Assembly (NCBI GenBank): GCA_965219685.1
Contig: CBDCOH010000002.1
Span: forward strand, 2,528,001-2,592,000
Source of the DNA: Candidatus Spongiisociaceae bacterium
Lineage (GTDB): Bacteria; Actinomycetota; Acidimicrobiia; Spongiisociales; Spongiisociaceae
Direction: 5' to 3'
Length of the DNA: 64,000 bases
In this document: piece by piece, positions 39,334 to 49,379 of the stretch
How the letters are laid out: every line of letters starts with the position of its first letter
Numbering within the stretch: the first letter of the stretch is position 1
Made by a program: the position numbers and the translations under genes
Notes under the pieces: model-generated
What the model saw: only the letters and a program-made list of their open reading frames with translations
Told to the model about the DNA's origin: nothing
The model's database searches: none

Positions 39334-40716
39334 GTGAGGATAAGGCTGCTGCGGCCTCGAGAGTTCGCCCAGCGCCTGCGCAGCGCGGCCCGAGTGCAGC
39401 CCGAGGCGGTCGAGGAGTACCTCGGCTCCCACACGGCCGAGTGGGAGGCGCTGGCGGCCGCCGATCCGCACGATGCCGCCGACATCCTCGAGGAACTGGG
39501 CGCGGAAGCAGCATCCGATCTCCTGGCCGAACTCGACCCGGCTCCGGCCGCCGGAATCCTCGACGAGATCCGCCCGGAGGTCGGAGCGGAACTGCTCGAG
39601 GACTTGGCACCCGATCGTTCCTCCGAGTTGATCGAGGCGATGGACGCCGATATGGCGGCCGATCTGATCGGGGAGTTGGACGCCAAGGACCGGGAAACGC
39701 TTCTCGCCAACCTGGATCCGGACATCGCCCACGAGCTTCTTGCCCTTCTGCAGCATGCCCCCGACTCGGCCGGTGGTCTGATGACCACCGACGTGGCGGT
39801 CCTCCAGATAGGAATAACCGCCGGGGAAGCCATCGAACGCCTACGCCAACTTCACGACCAGATAGGCGACCTTTCCTACGTGTACGTGGTCGACCACCAG
39901 CGTCACCTGATGGGCGTGGTCTCCTTCCGCGATCTGGTGTTCGCTCGCCCGGGTGTCGGCCTCGACGAGACGATGGCCCACCGGCCCGTAGCGGTGCGCC
40001 CGGACACCGACCGCGAGGAGGTCGCGGAACTGGCCCAACGCTACGGCCTGTTCGGCCTGCCGGTGGTGGACCACTCTGGGGTGCTGATCGGGATGGTTGC
40101 GCACGAGGCGGTCGTCGACTCGGTCCAGGCCGAGGCGTCCGAGGACTTCGCCGCCGCCATGGGCGCCGGTCCCGAGGAAACGGTCTTCACGCCGGTGCTC
40201 CGCGCCGTCGCCATGCGACTGCCGTGGATGGTGGTCAACCTGGCGATGGCGGTCGTCGTGGCGCTGGTGATCGAGCGCCAGACCGACGTAATCGATGACA
40301 TCGGCCCGATCCTGGCCGCGTTGATGCCGGTGGTGGCCTTGATCGGGGGAAACGCCGGCGCCCAGAGCCTGGCGGTGGTGATCAGGTCGATGGCGATCGA
40401 CCGTATCGCACCCAGCCGGGTAGGACAGGTCCTGGTGCATCAGGTGGCGATCGGACTCATCAACTCGATTCCTATAGGGATCCTCGCGGCTGCGGTCGGC
40501 ATGGCGTTCGGCGGGAGCCTGCTCTTCGGAGTGACGATGGGCACGGCGACGGTAGCCAACCTCGCGATCGGTACTCTGGCAGGGACCGGCATACCCTTGT
40601 TCCTGCGGCGCATCGGCCTCGATCCCGCCCTGGCCTCGAATATCTTCCTGACCCTGGTGACCGACGTGGTCGGCTTCGGGGGATTCCTGCTGGTTGCCAC
40701 GCTCATGCTTCGCTAG
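39334..40716 (+). CDS. mgtE: Magnesium transporter MgtE
   Basis: Acidic N-domain; DSAGGLMTT; CBS pair (YVYVVD, LPVVD); RLPW, GGNAGAQS, DPALAS and TDVVGF. Confidence 0.95.
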   Translation: MRIRLLRPREFAQRLRSAARVQPEAVEEYLGSHTAEWEALAAADPHDAADILEELGAEAASDLLAELDPAPAAGILDEIRPEVGAELLEDLAPDRSSELIEAMDADMAADLIGELDAKDRETLLANLDPDIAHELLALLQHAPDSAGGLMTTDVAVLQIGITAGEAIERLRQLHDQIGDLSYVYVVDHQRHLMGVVSFRDLVFARPGVGLDETMAHRPVAVRPDTDREEVAELAQRYGLFGLPVVDHSGVLIGMVAHEAVVDSVQAEASEDFAAAMGAGPEETVFTPVLRAVAMRLPWMVVNLAMAVVVALVIERQTDVIDDIGPILAALMPVVALIGGNAGAQSLAVVIRSMAIDRIAPSRVGQVLVHQVAIGLINSIPIGILAAAVGMAFGGSLLFGVTMGTATVANLAIGTLAGTGIPLFLRRIGLDPALASNIFLTLVTDVVGFGGFLLVATLMLR

Positions 40717-40721
40717 ATGAT

Positions 40722-40790
40722 TAGTTCCAGTTGGTAGTTGGTAGTCAGTAGTTGGTAACCGGCACTTACCAAATAACAAAATAACAAATA
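40722..40790. repeat. Heptamer arrays (AGTTGGT)n followed by (CAAATAA)-like units
   Basis: agttggt agttggt agtcagt agttggt aaccggc, then caaataacaaaataacaaata, immediately after the mgtE stop. Confidence 0.75.
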
Positions 40791-40803
40791 GTTTCGATGC
40801 GGC

Positions 40804-41376
40804 CTACGAACCGACGGTCAAGCCCGGGAAGTCGGCGTACGGTCCATAGAAGGTGACCTCCACACCGCTCTCGATCCGCAGGAAGGTATGGGCATCGAGG
40901 CGGGCCTGTTGCTCATCGGTTCGTTCCTCGAGCACCGCAAGATCCGCCACATCCCGATCATCCACCACGATCGCCGCGCTGGGCGTGAACCGTTCGACGA
41001 TGTCATGCACGAGGTTCTCCAATTGCACATTGGAATAGGTTCCCGGCTCAACCACGATCACGAGGGTCTCGCGGTCGTCCTCGATCATCCGGTGAACCAC
41101 TTCGTAGCTCGGCAAGCCTGCAACCACCTCAGTGGTGGCGACCGCTGTGGTCTCCGCGGGCTCCTCCGGCGCAGCGTCCGCATCCGGCTCGGCTGGTTCA
41201 GAAGCAACAGTGGTATCGCCGGCGGAACCGCCGACGTCGTCCGCCGCCGAACTGGTCGTAGCGGTAGTTGCAGCCGGCGTCACGGTTGTCTCGGGCGACT
41301 CTTCACCATCCCGATTGCAGGCCACGAGCAGGATTGCAGCGGCCAGAAACAGTCCGATCAGCGCTACAGGCCTCAT
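40804..41376 (-). CDS. Hypothetical lipoprotein with Thr/Ala/Glu-rich linker
   Basis: MRPVALIGLFLAAAILLVAC lipobox. Confidence 0.7.
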   Translation of the reverse strand: MRPVALIGLFLAAAILLVACNRDGEESPETTVTPAATTATTSSAADDVGGSAGDTTVASEPAEPDADAAPEEPAETTAVATTEVVAGLPSYEVVHRMIEDDRETLVIVVEPGTYSNVQLENLVHDIVERFTPSAAIVVDDRDVADLAVLEERTDEQQARLDAHTFLRIESGVEVTFYGPYADFPGLTVGS

Positions 41377-41566
41377 CAGCACCCCTGTCTCCATCCATTT
41401 GGACGGCCGTTCCCATGAGGGTACTGCTTCGCAGCCTCTACCGTGTTCATTCGGTCGTCGACGGCGACCGGGAGAGGCCTCCCCGCCGCCTCGACTGCGC
41501 AAGTGCCCTGGAGCGAGCGTCTGAGGCGGGACGCTAGGGTTCTCTCAGTTCCGGAGAGAGGATGCG

Positions 41567-42400
41567 ATGCCGAAGTGCCTTACCGATGAGCAGGTGACAC
41601 AGTACCGACGCGACGGGTTCGTCTTCCCTGTGCGGGCGATGGACTCAGCCCGGGCGGCGGCCTACCGGCAGCAACTCGAGCGGTTCGAAGCAGAGGAAGG
41701 GCCCGTCGAGGGCGCCCTGCGTAACAAGGCCCACCTGCTGTTTCTGTGGGTTGACGAGTTGATGCGCTACGACGGGATCCTCGACGCCGTCGCGGATCTG
41801 ATCGGGGACGACATCCTGTGCTGGAACACTTTCTTCTGGATCAAGGAGCCCCAGACCGAGTCCTACGTGTCTTGGCACCAGGACCTGAACTACTGGGGAC
41901 TGGACACCGACGATCTGATCACGGTCTGGCTGGCACTGTCCCCGGCTACCCCGCAGAGCGGATGCATGAGCGTGCTTCCCGGAAGCCACAAAGGCGAGTT
42001 CATGCCCCATGAGGACATGTACAGCGACGGCAACATGCTCACCCGGGGCCAGGAGATCACGGTGCAGGTCGACGAGTCCAAGACGGTCGCCATGGCGCTC
42101 AGCCCCGGGGAGATTTCGATGCACAACGGGCGGTTGGCTCATGCCTCACCACCCAATACGTCTACTGACCGGCGTATCGGCCTCTCATTCCACTACATGC
42201 CCACCAAGACCCGCCAGATCATCGGCGACTGGGACAGCGCGGCGCTGGTGCGTGGAGACGACGCCTACGGCCACTTCACCCACACGCCCCGCCCGACCAG
42301 GGACTTCGATCCGGCCACCGTGGCGTTCCACAGCAAGGCCTCCGAAGCGGTGAAGGAGATCCTGTTCCACGGTGCGAAGAAGGTGACACAAGCCCTCTGA
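41567..42400 (+). CDS. Phytanoyl-CoA dioxygenase (PhyH) family Fe(II)/2-oxoglutarate dioxygenase
   Basis: SWHQD (HxD), GCMSVLPGSH and LAHASPPNTSTDRRIG. Confidence 0.9.
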   Translation: MPKCLTDEQVTQYRRDGFVFPVRAMDSARAAAYRQQLERFEAEEGPVEGALRNKAHLLFLWVDELMRYDGILDAVADLIGDDILCWNTFFWIKEPQTESYVSWHQDLNYWGLDTDDLITVWLALSPATPQSGCMSVLPGSHKGEFMPHEDMYSDGNMLTRGQEITVQVDESKTVAMALSPGEISMHNGRLAHASPPNTSTDRRIGLSFHYMPTKTRQIIGDWDSAALVRGDDAYGHFTHTPRPTRDFDPATVAFHSKASEAVKEILFHGAKKVTQAL

Positions 42401-42500
42401 TCAACGCCCGGACGCACATGGGACTACCGGCTGGACGTCCCGTGACGGCTCACGACCCCGTGTTACCCCGATCGGGGCAGGAACTCGACGGGCGCCATCC

Positions 42501-43325
42501 TCAGGCCTCGATCAGGTCCTCCACGGCGGTCCTGTAGGCCCTCGCCAGCAGCGCCGTTACGGGGCCGGGTTCGAACCTGTGCTCGCCCACCGCCACGACG
42601 GGCAGTACTTCCTTCACCGACGAGAGTATCGCTATCTCATCGGCGCCCAGCATCCGCTCCAGCGGGTAGTGGCCTTCTCGTATCGCCAAACCCGCCTCTC
42701 GGGCATGACGGAGAGCTATTCGCCGTGTCACCGAGTCGAGTATGCCCAGGTCCAGCGAGGCCGTCTCGATGACGCCATGCACCACCCAGAGCACCGCGGA
42801 CGTGGGACCCTCCAGCACGGTCCCGTCCCGAGACAGGAGCAGGGCGTCGTCATGTCCGGCCGCCTGAGATGTGCGGGTAGCCGCCATGTTGGGGGCATAC
42901 GACAGCGTCTTGACCCCGGCCAAGTCCCAGGGTTCGCCGGCCGGATGCCAGGGTGCGGCCAACGGGAAGAGCCGGTACTCCGGGATGATGTCAGGCAGGG
43001 GAGCCGACAGTACGTATACGTTCGTACCCTCCTGGCCCAGCGACACGAAGATGCGGATCACTCCGTTGCCCTGCTCGGCGGCCACCCGGCGAGCCCACTC
43101 GCCTATGTACGGGACGGGCGGGAGCGGGATACCCAGTGCCGAGGCCGACCGTGCCAGCCGGGCCAGGTGCTCGGCGAGCCCGAAGAGTGCGCCTCCGTAG
43201 GAGCGCAGAGCCTCGAAGCAGCCGTCGCCGCGGGCCACCATCGGGTCGAAGATGGAAACGGATGGGGCTACGTTCCGGCCGTTGCGGAGGACGGGTGGAC
43301 GCATGTCAGCCACGGCGCCATCCAT
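42501..43325 (-). CDS. Class IV PLP enzyme (aminodeoxychorismate lyase / branched-chain aminotransferase family)
   Basis: RGDGCFEAL, HLARL, GVKTLSYAPN, LEGPTS and ILDSVTR. Confidence 0.88.
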   Translation of the reverse strand: MDGAVADMRPPVLRNGRNVAPSVSIFDPMVARGDGCFEALRSYGGALFGLAEHLARLARSASALGIPLPPVPYIGEWARRVAAEQGNGVIRIFVSLGQEGTNVYVLSAPLPDIIPEYRLFPLAAPWHPAGEPWDLAGVKTLSYAPNMAATRTSQAAGHDDALLLSRDGTVLEGPTSAVLWVVHGVIETASLDLGILDSVTRRIALRHAREAGLAIREGHYPLERMLGADEIAILSSVKEVLPVVAVGEHRFEPGPVTALLARAYRTAVEDLIEA

Positions 43326-45018
43326 TGGTGATCGGAAGTCGGCGATCGCGGCCGAAAGCTTTGGCGGTGATCTTGACGCCCGGTGGCGCCTGGCGGCGCT
43401 TGTACTCGTTGCGGTCGACCATGCGGGCCACTCTCGTCACCAGATCCCTGTCGTAGCCGCACGCCACTATGTCGTCCACGGAACGGTCGTCCTCGATGTA
43501 CGCCGCGAGTACAGGGTCTAGGAGGTCGTAAGGGGGAAGGCTGTCGGTGTCGACCTGTCCGGGCCGCAACTCGGCGGACGGTGCCTTGGTAATGGTCGCC
43601 TCCGGGATCACCGGACTCCGGAGATTGCGCCACCGGGCAAGCTCGTAGACCCTGGTCTTGAATACGTCCTTCAGTACGGCGTAACCACCTGCCATGTCGC
43701 CGTACAAGGTAGCGTAACCCACCGCCATCTCGGACTTGTTACCCGTTGCCATCACCATCTCCCCATGCTTGTTGGAGATTCCCATCAGTAGGGTCCCACG
43801 AATACGGGGCTGGAGGTTCTCCTCGGCCACTCCGAACTCAGTACCGGCGAACTGCCCCGACAGAGCAGCTTCGTACTCGGCGTACAGGTCGGCGATGGCG
43901 ATCTGTTCGAACCGGATCCCCAGTTGGCGGGCAAGATCCTCCGAATCTCTCACCGAACCGCCGGAACTGAACTTGGAGGGCATCGTCACGCCCCGTACCG
44001 CATCCGGTCCCAGCGCATCGGCTGCTATGACCGCAGTCAGGGCCGAATCGATGCCACCCGACAGCCCGACCACCACTCTCGAGAAGCCGTTCTTCCGCAC
44101 GTAGTCACGCAAGCCCAGCGTGAGGGCTCGATAGATCTCCTCCAGGCTGTCAAGAGGAGCCACGGGCGGCGGGGACACCGGCTCTGACGGCGGGACGAGG
44201 GGAGCGGTTCGTACGACGCGGGGCGGAGTAGCAGGTCTTGAGCGCTCCCGGGGTTGCACATCCACTACGAAACGGATCTCCTCGAACGAAGGCGCCCTGT
44301 ACTGGAGCGAACCCTCCCGGTCCACCACCATGGAACCGCCGTCGAAGACCAGTTCGTCCTGGCCGCCCACCAGATTCAGGTAGACGACCGGCACACCGGA
44401 GCTGGCAGCCTCCCGGTGGATGTGGCGGGCCCGTTGCGAGTCCTTGGATATCTGGAAGGGTGATCCATTCACGTTGAGCAGGATCTGTGCGCCGGCCGCG
44501 GCCTGCCGGGAGGGGGGACCGCCCGGCACCCAGATGTCCTCGCAGATCGAGACGCCCACCGTGACACCGCCGATGTCCCAGACGGCTCCGGGTCGAGTAC
44601 CCGGCGCAAAGTACCTCTCCTCGTCGAACACCCCGTAGTTGGGCAGCAGCACCTTGTGATAGATGCCTCGCACGCGGCCTCGGTGAAGGAGGGCGGCAGC
44701 GTTGGCTACCACCCGGGGAAGTGCATCTACCTTGCCCCGGCGGTCGCTGTCAGACCGATCCACGAAACCGACCACGGTCACGGTCTCGCCGGCACGAGCT
44801 GCCAAACGTTCCAGGACATCCAGATTGGCGTCGACGAAAGCCCGCCTCATGACCAGGTCCTCGGGTGGATAGCCGGGGACAGCCAGTTCAGGGAGCATGA
44901 GAACGTCGGCACGGTGGGACTCCGCCCAATCCATCGAATCGAGAATGCGGGCCGCGTTGTAGTCGAGATCACCGACCCTCAAGTTGATCTGCGCGCCGGC
45001 CACCCTCATCGTCGTCAT
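43306..45018 (-). CDS. nadE: Glutamine-dependent NAD+ synthetase
   Basis: Nitrilase domain (PEL...YPPEDL, K..LPNYGVFDE, ICEDIW); GLSGGIDSA, TGNKSE and PSAELRP. Confidence 0.96.
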   Translation of the reverse strand: MTTMRVAGAQINLRVGDLDYNAARILDSMDWAESHRADVLMLPELAVPGYPPEDLVMRRAFVDANLDVLERLAARAGETVTVVGFVDRSDSDRRGKVDALPRVVANAAALLHRGRVRGIYHKVLLPNYGVFDEERYFAPGTRPGAVWDIGGVTVGVSICEDIWVPGGPPSRQAAAGAQILLNVNGSPFQISKDSQRARHIHREAASSGVPVVYLNLVGGQDELVFDGGSMVVDREGSLQYRAPSFEEIRFVVDVQPRERSRPATPPRVVRTAPLVPPSEPVSPPPVAPLDSLEEIYRALTLGLRDYVRKNGFSRVVVGLSGGIDSALTAVIAADALGPDAVRGVTMPSKFSSGGSVRDSEDLARQLGIRFEQIAIADLYAEYEAALSGQFAGTEFGVAEENLQPRIRGTLLMGISNKHGEMVMATGNKSEMAVGYATLYGDMAGGYAVLKDVFKTRVYELARWRNLRSPVIPEATITKAPSAELRPGQVDTDSLPPYDLLDPVLAAYIEDDRSVDDIVACGYDRDLVTRVARMVDRNEYKRRQAPPGVKITAKAFGRDRRLPITNGWRRG

Positions 45019-45053
45019 GCACCCGAGTCTAGGAGGGGTCAGTGGGGCGGCGG

Positions 45054-45108
45054 ACAGTCAGCCGTGAGCAGCGAAGCCAAACACAAACACCCAAACACCA
45101 AACATCTA
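45054..45108. repeat. Heptamer arrays: degenerate CAGTCAG-like units followed by (CAAACAC)n
   Basis: caaacac aaacacc caaacac caaacat abuts the tyrA stop codon. Confidence 0.7.
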
Positions 45109-46122
45109 CTCCAGGGTGAAGCCCTCCTTCTCTAGGGACTCCCTCAGCGCATCCGCCTCCACCGGGCGCACCGAGAGGGTGAGCACACCGCCTCCACCGT
45201 GAAGGGCATGTCGCAACTGGAGATCCCGGACATCGACCGCGCACTGCTCCAGAGCACGACCCACCGCGGCGATCTCACCCGGTCTGTCCTGGAGAACGAC
45301 GCCCACTCTGATCTCCGGGGACGCCATACCCTGACGCCTGGCCCGGGCCGACCGGATGCGGTGTGCCAGGGAGGCCGGATCGGCCCGGATCTCAGCCCTG
45401 GCCTCCTCGAGCTCCTCGATCATCCCGGTGATCGCCCGGCTCACATTGGCCTCGTTCGCAGCCAGCAACTCGGGCCACCAGCCCGGCTCCGAGGCCGCCA
45501 CCCGGGTCAGATCGCGGAATGATCCGGCCACCAGTTGCATGGCTCCGGGATCCCCGGCGGCGAGGTTGACGAGGGAGACCGCGATGACCTGCGGTAGGTG
45601 TGAGATCGCCGCTACCACCCGATCGTGCTCGGAAGCGGGCATGGTGTACGGGATCGCACCGACCGCCTCGACCATGCTCTCGACGATCGCCACATCCTCG
45701 GGGCCGGCACGGTCCGGGCAGACGATCCAGGCAGCTCCTCTGAAGAGGGCGGGCGTGGCGGCTGCGGGACCCGCCTGCTCTCTCCCAGCCATCGGATGCC
45801 CCGCCACGAGGCGTAGGCCGGGAGGCTTGGACTCCACCACCGGTACCTTGACCCCGGCTACATCGGTGACCAGCGCCGCCGTTTGCAATCCCCTCAAAGT
45901 ATCCAACGTGGCACTCAGTGGACCGGCGAGCACCACCAGTTCGGCACCACCTACAGCCCCATCCAGGGCCGGGTGCGGATGGTCGACCGCGCCCCGCCGA
46001 ACGGCCACCCGCAAGGCTGACGGGTCGGGATCCCACCCTGCGACCACCCAACCCACCTGACGGAGCGCCATCCCGAGAGAGGCGCCGATCAGCCCTGTAC
46101 CGAGAATGGCAGCGCTGCCCAT
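45106..46122 (-). CDS. tyrA: Prephenate/arogenate dehydrogenase with C-terminal ACT domain
   Basis: GTGLIG, DVAGVK, GHPMAGRE, HDRVVAAISHLP, FRDLTRVA and DRPGEIA. Confidence 0.92.
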   Translation of the reverse strand: MGSAAILGTGLIGASLGMALRQVGWVVAGWDPDPSALRVAVRRGAVDHPHPALDGAVGGAELVVLAGPLSATLDTLRGLQTAALVTDVAGVKVPVVESKPPGLRLVAGHPMAGREQAGPAAATPALFRGAAWIVCPDRAGPEDVAIVESMVEAVGAIPYTMPASEHDRVVAAISHLPQVIAVSLVNLAAGDPGAMQLVAGSFRDLTRVAASEPGWWPELLAANEANVSRAITGMIEELEEARAEIRADPASLAHRIRSARARRQGMASPEIRVGVVLQDRPGEIAAVGRALEQCAVDVRDLQLRHALHGGGGVLTLSVRPVEADALRESLEKEGFTLE

Positions 46123-46146
46123 GGAGGGTCAGACTGACCTAGACGT

Positions 46147-46208
46147 ACCGGTCACCCGGTCACCAACGAACGACCACCGACGACCGGCAACCGGCAACCG
46201 GCAACTAG
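46147..46208. repeat. Heptamer array ending in (ACCGGCA)3
   Basis: accggtc acccggtc accaacg aacgacc accgacg accggca accggca accggca, then cta (aroF stop). Confidence 0.8.
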
Positions 46209-47218
46209 ATGGTGTAGTCGAGCGCAGCCGCCAGAGCCCGCATCTGTTCCATCAGCTCGGCGAACTCGTAGGGCAACAGAGCCTGGTCACCGTCAACCTG
46301 CGCGGTCTCCGGTGCCGGATGCACATCGACGATGAACCCATCGGCGCCGACGGCGATCGCGGCCCTTGCCAGCGGTGTAACCAGGTGGCGCCGACCCGAC
46401 GAATGAGACGGGTCGATAATCACCGGCAGGTGGGACATCGCCTTGATGACGGGCGCCGCCGAAATATCCAGCGTGTTGCGGGTACTCGTCTCGAAGGTGC
46501 GGATACCCCTCTCCACCATGATCACCTCGTGATTGCCCTCCTTGTAGATGTACTCGGCGGCATTCAGCCACTCGTCCACGGTGGCTGTGAAGCCCCTCTT
46601 GAGCAGTACGGGCTTGTGCACCTTTCCCACCTCGGACAGGAGGGCGAAGTTGGCCATGTTCCGGGTGCCGATGCGCAACATGTCGGCGTAACCGCTGATC
46701 ATCTCGACATCACGAGGATCCAGCACTTCGGCGACAAACGGAAGGTCGAACTCCTCGCGTGCCTCCGCGAGGAGTTGCAGGCCTTCCTCGGCCAGTCCCT
46801 GGAAGGAGAAGGGGCTGGTGCGGGGTTTGAAGGCGTCTCCCCTCAGGATGGTGGCTCCGGCATCGCGCACCGCCTCCGCGGTACGGAACAGTAGATCACG
46901 GCTCTCGACGGCACAAGGTCCGGCTATCGGCGCGAACACCCCGCCACCAATCTGTGCCGAGCGCACCTTGATCACGGTGTCTTCGGCCTGGAACTCCCGA
47001 GCGACGAACTTGTAGGGCTTCAGCACCGGAACCGCCCTCTCCACACCAGGCATTGCGCCCCACGGCAACTGCTGGATACGCCCCCGATCACCGATTGCAC
47101 CGATGACGGTGCGGAGTTGCCCGGTCGATATGTGAGCCTCCGAACCGATCTCCGCCAATCGGTGCACGACGCCATCGATCTGTTCCTGGTTGGCGCCCGG
47201 CTTCATGACGATGATCAT
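46205..47218 (-). CDS. aroF: 3-deoxy-7-phosphoheptulonate (DAHP) synthase, type I-beta with N-terminal regulatory domain
   Basis: IAGPCAVES, FKPRTSP, IGTRNMANF, LLKRG, ERGIRTFE and DPSHSSG. Confidence 0.94.
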   Translation of the reverse strand: MIIVMKPGANQEQIDGVVHRLAEIGSEAHISTGQLRTVIGAIGDRGRIQQLPWGAMPGVERAVPVLKPYKFVAREFQAEDTVIKVRSAQIGGGVFAPIAGPCAVESRDLLFRTAEAVRDAGATILRGDAFKPRTSPFSFQGLAEEGLQLLAEAREEFDLPFVAEVLDPRDVEMISGYADMLRIGTRNMANFALLSEVGKVHKPVLLKRGFTATVDEWLNAAEYIYKEGNHEVIMVERGIRTFETSTRNTLDISAAPVIKAMSHLPVIIDPSHSSGRRHLVTPLARAAIAVGADGFIVDVHPAPETAQVDGDQALLPYEFAELMEQMRALAAALDYTI

Positions 47219-47271
47219 TGTTCCCTCCGGAAGATGGCATGAGGATAGACCTCACAGGGTCGGGCGTACCA

Positions 47272-47420
47272 AATGGTGAATGGTGGGTTTGGTGAATGGT
47301 GAATGGTGAATGGTGAATCGTGGCTGGTGAAGGGTGTACCACACTACTTAATCACTGTTAACCTACATCATTCACACTAAACACTAATCACTACCCACTA
47401 CTCACTACCCACTACTCACT
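47272..47420. repeat. Bipartite heptamer array: (AATGGTG)n then (CACTACY)n
   Basis: About eight AATGGTG-type units, a spacer, then cactaaa cactaat cactacc cactact cactacc cactact. The stop of the adjacent minus-strand gene lies inside the array. Confidence 0.9.
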
Positions 47421-47820
47421 GTTCCACGAGAGGCTGGAATGTGCGGGCTTCGGCCACCCACGCTTTCACGCGCTCGAGGTTGGGCAGCCGGCGAACCATC
47501 CTTCGCCTGCTATTGATCTGGACCATCATCGCGAATAGGGTGTCCGGGTCACGGGTACTCAACTCCTGGGCGGTGGACACGCCGGCCGCGCTCAGCAAGT
47601 CCACATATCTGGTTCCCAGTCCCCTGATCCTCATGAGGTCGATTCGTAACACCAGTTCGAGCAGTTCCCGCTCGTTGACGGACAGTCGCTCGGCCAGATC
47701 GGCCCTTCCCTCCGGGGTTGCCGCTCTACGGAGCAACGCGTCGGTGGTCCTGATACCTGATCGACGGAACCGACGAGCATGCGACAAACCGATGCCGCCC
47801 ACAGCGTCGATCGCAGCCAT
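47416..47820 (-). CDS. DUF4332 (helix-hairpin-helix) protein
   Basis: GGIG...GIRTTDALL...DLMRIRGLG...LLSAAGV...VRRLP...WVAEA. Confidence 0.8.
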   Translation of the reverse strand: MAAIDAVGGIGLSHARRFRRSGIRTTDALLRRAATPEGRADLAERLSVNERELLELVLRIDLMRIRGLGTRYVDLLSAAGVSTAQELSTRDPDTLFAMMVQINSRRRMVRRLPNLERVKAWVAEARTFQPLVEQ

Positions 47821-47953
47821 CTAAGCGAGGTCCTCCTCCGGAATTGCTAAATACCCCAATAACAATGTCGTGCCAGGCCGGCTCATCCTGGGCAAAAGAA
47901 GGCTAATTGGTCGGGTACCTCGCGGTCCAACCGGCACCGCCGGCCGGCCCGAC

Positions 47954-48556
47954 TCAGCCGTGGAGATCATCGAGATCCTCCTGCGTGTCGATATCACGAG
48001 GAGCCGCCTCGCCGACCAGAACTTCCTCGACCCATTCCGGATGAGCCAGGAACAGGTTGCGGGCCCCCTGGTCACCTCCCAGTCCGGCGATGAGACGCGG
48101 CCACAGAGTACGGTCCACCAGGACTGGATGGCCCCTTACGAACCGGTACCGGGGTATTACCACCGGACGCCCGCACCTCCGGCCGGCTTCGAGAAGTCTC
48201 GGGATCACACCGTCCGGGACAAGCGGCTGATCGCCCAGTGCGATCAGGACCCGCTCGGCCGTCCTGTCCCCTATCAGCGCGTCGAGGCCTGCTCTGAGAG
48301 AGGAAGCGACACCTTCCGCCCAGTCCAGATTCTCGACCACGGTGGCTCGAGATAGGTCGACCATCTCCATTATCTGTTCCGCCCTGGCCCCGAGCACGAC
48401 GTACACCGATTGCACCTGGGGCCACCTGCCGACTCGCTCAACCACATGCTCGAGGAGAGGCCTGCCCTGCCAGGCGGCCAGTTGCTTGGGCGCGCCGAAA
48501 CGCTTCGACTCCCCCGCGGCCAGGATCAACGCCGCAGTACTCACTGCCGGTTCCAT
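47954..48556 (-). CDS. mocA: Molybdenum cofactor cytidylyltransferase-like nucleotidyltransferase
   Basis: ILAAGESKRFGAPKQL, LGDQP, GHPV, GDQGAR and DIDT; located in the cox cluster. Confidence 0.85.
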   Translation of the reverse strand: MEPAVSTAALILAAGESKRFGAPKQLAAWQGRPLLEHVVERVGRWPQVQSVYVVLGARAEQIMEMVDLSRATVVENLDWAEGVASSLRAGLDALIGDRTAERVLIALGDQPLVPDGVIPRLLEAGRRCGRPVVIPRYRFVRGHPVLVDRTLWPRLIAGLGGDQGARNLFLAHPEWVEEVLVGEAAPRDIDTQEDLDDLHG

Positions 48557-48593
48557 TGACGGGGCGAGGGATACCCGGTCGACGCCGGGCCGG

Positions 48594-49379
48594 TCATAGG
48601 TCTCCTTCGTCCTCCGTACGTTGGAGGTGAATCCGCCCAGGTCTACCCACCAACGAGTCGCCCGAACCCGATCCGTAACGAACCTGGATCATCTCCGCAA
48701 GGATCGAAACCGCAACCTCGCCGGGTTGCTCGGCCCCTATGTCGAGTCCCACCGGACCATGTATGCGGGCGATCTGCCCCTCGTCGAATCCGGCGGCTCT
48801 GAGGCGATCGACGCGCCGGCGGTGCGTCCGGCGGCTTCCCATCACCCCGATGTACTTGGCCGGGCTCGGCAACACCAGGGGGAGGACCGGATCCTCGAAC
48901 CGGGCATCGTGGCTGAGGAGGACGACATAGGTACGGCCGTCGACCTGCAACCGGTCGGCTACCTGCTCCGGCCACCCGACGATGACCCTCTCGGCTTCCG
49001 GGAAACGCTCCTCGGTGGTGAAGAAGGGCCTGGCGTCGTTGACGATCACGCGGAACCCCAGCCCGTGGGCCATCTTGCACAGCTCCTGGGCGATGTGAAC
49101 CGCACCGAAGATGAGGAGTCGGGGCTGCGGCGCGACGGTCTCGATGTACGCCTGGCGGTTCCCATAGGTCAGGGTGCGGCTCTGCTCGCGGTCCATGAGG
49201 TTGCTCGCATCGGCGACGACATCCGCTGCGATGTCCGTCGGGATGGCTCCGGCGACCAGCCCGTCGGCACGATCCAGCACCCCTTTGGCGCCCGTGTCGG
49301 GGCCGTCGACCACGGTCACGACGGCCCCCAGCCTTTCCGCCTCGACGAGGTGTCGTACGGCTTGCAGAGGGCTCACCAT
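48594..49379 (-). CDS. XdhC/CoxF-family Mo-cofactor insertion chaperone (C-terminal part)
   Basis: [27 protein letters not shown] and GPVGLDIGA...EVAVSILAE. Confidence 0.88.
   Translation of the reverse strand: MVSPLQAVRHLVEAERLGAVVTVVDGPDTGAKGVLDRADGLVAGAIPTDIAADVVADASNLMDREQSRTLTYGNRQAYIETVAPQPRLLIFGAVHIAQELCKMAHGLGFRVIVNDARPFFTTEERFPEAERVIVGWPEQVADRLQVDGRTYVVLLSHDARFEDPVLPLVLPSPAKYIGVMGSRRTHRRRVDRLRAAGFDEGQIARIHGPVGLDIGAEQPGEVAVSILAEMIQVRYGSGSGDSLVGRPGRIHLQRTEDEGDL

Noticed and set aside
47272-47420. Possible CRISPR array
   Set aside because: Units are 7 nt and contiguous, with no unique spacers and no cas genes.
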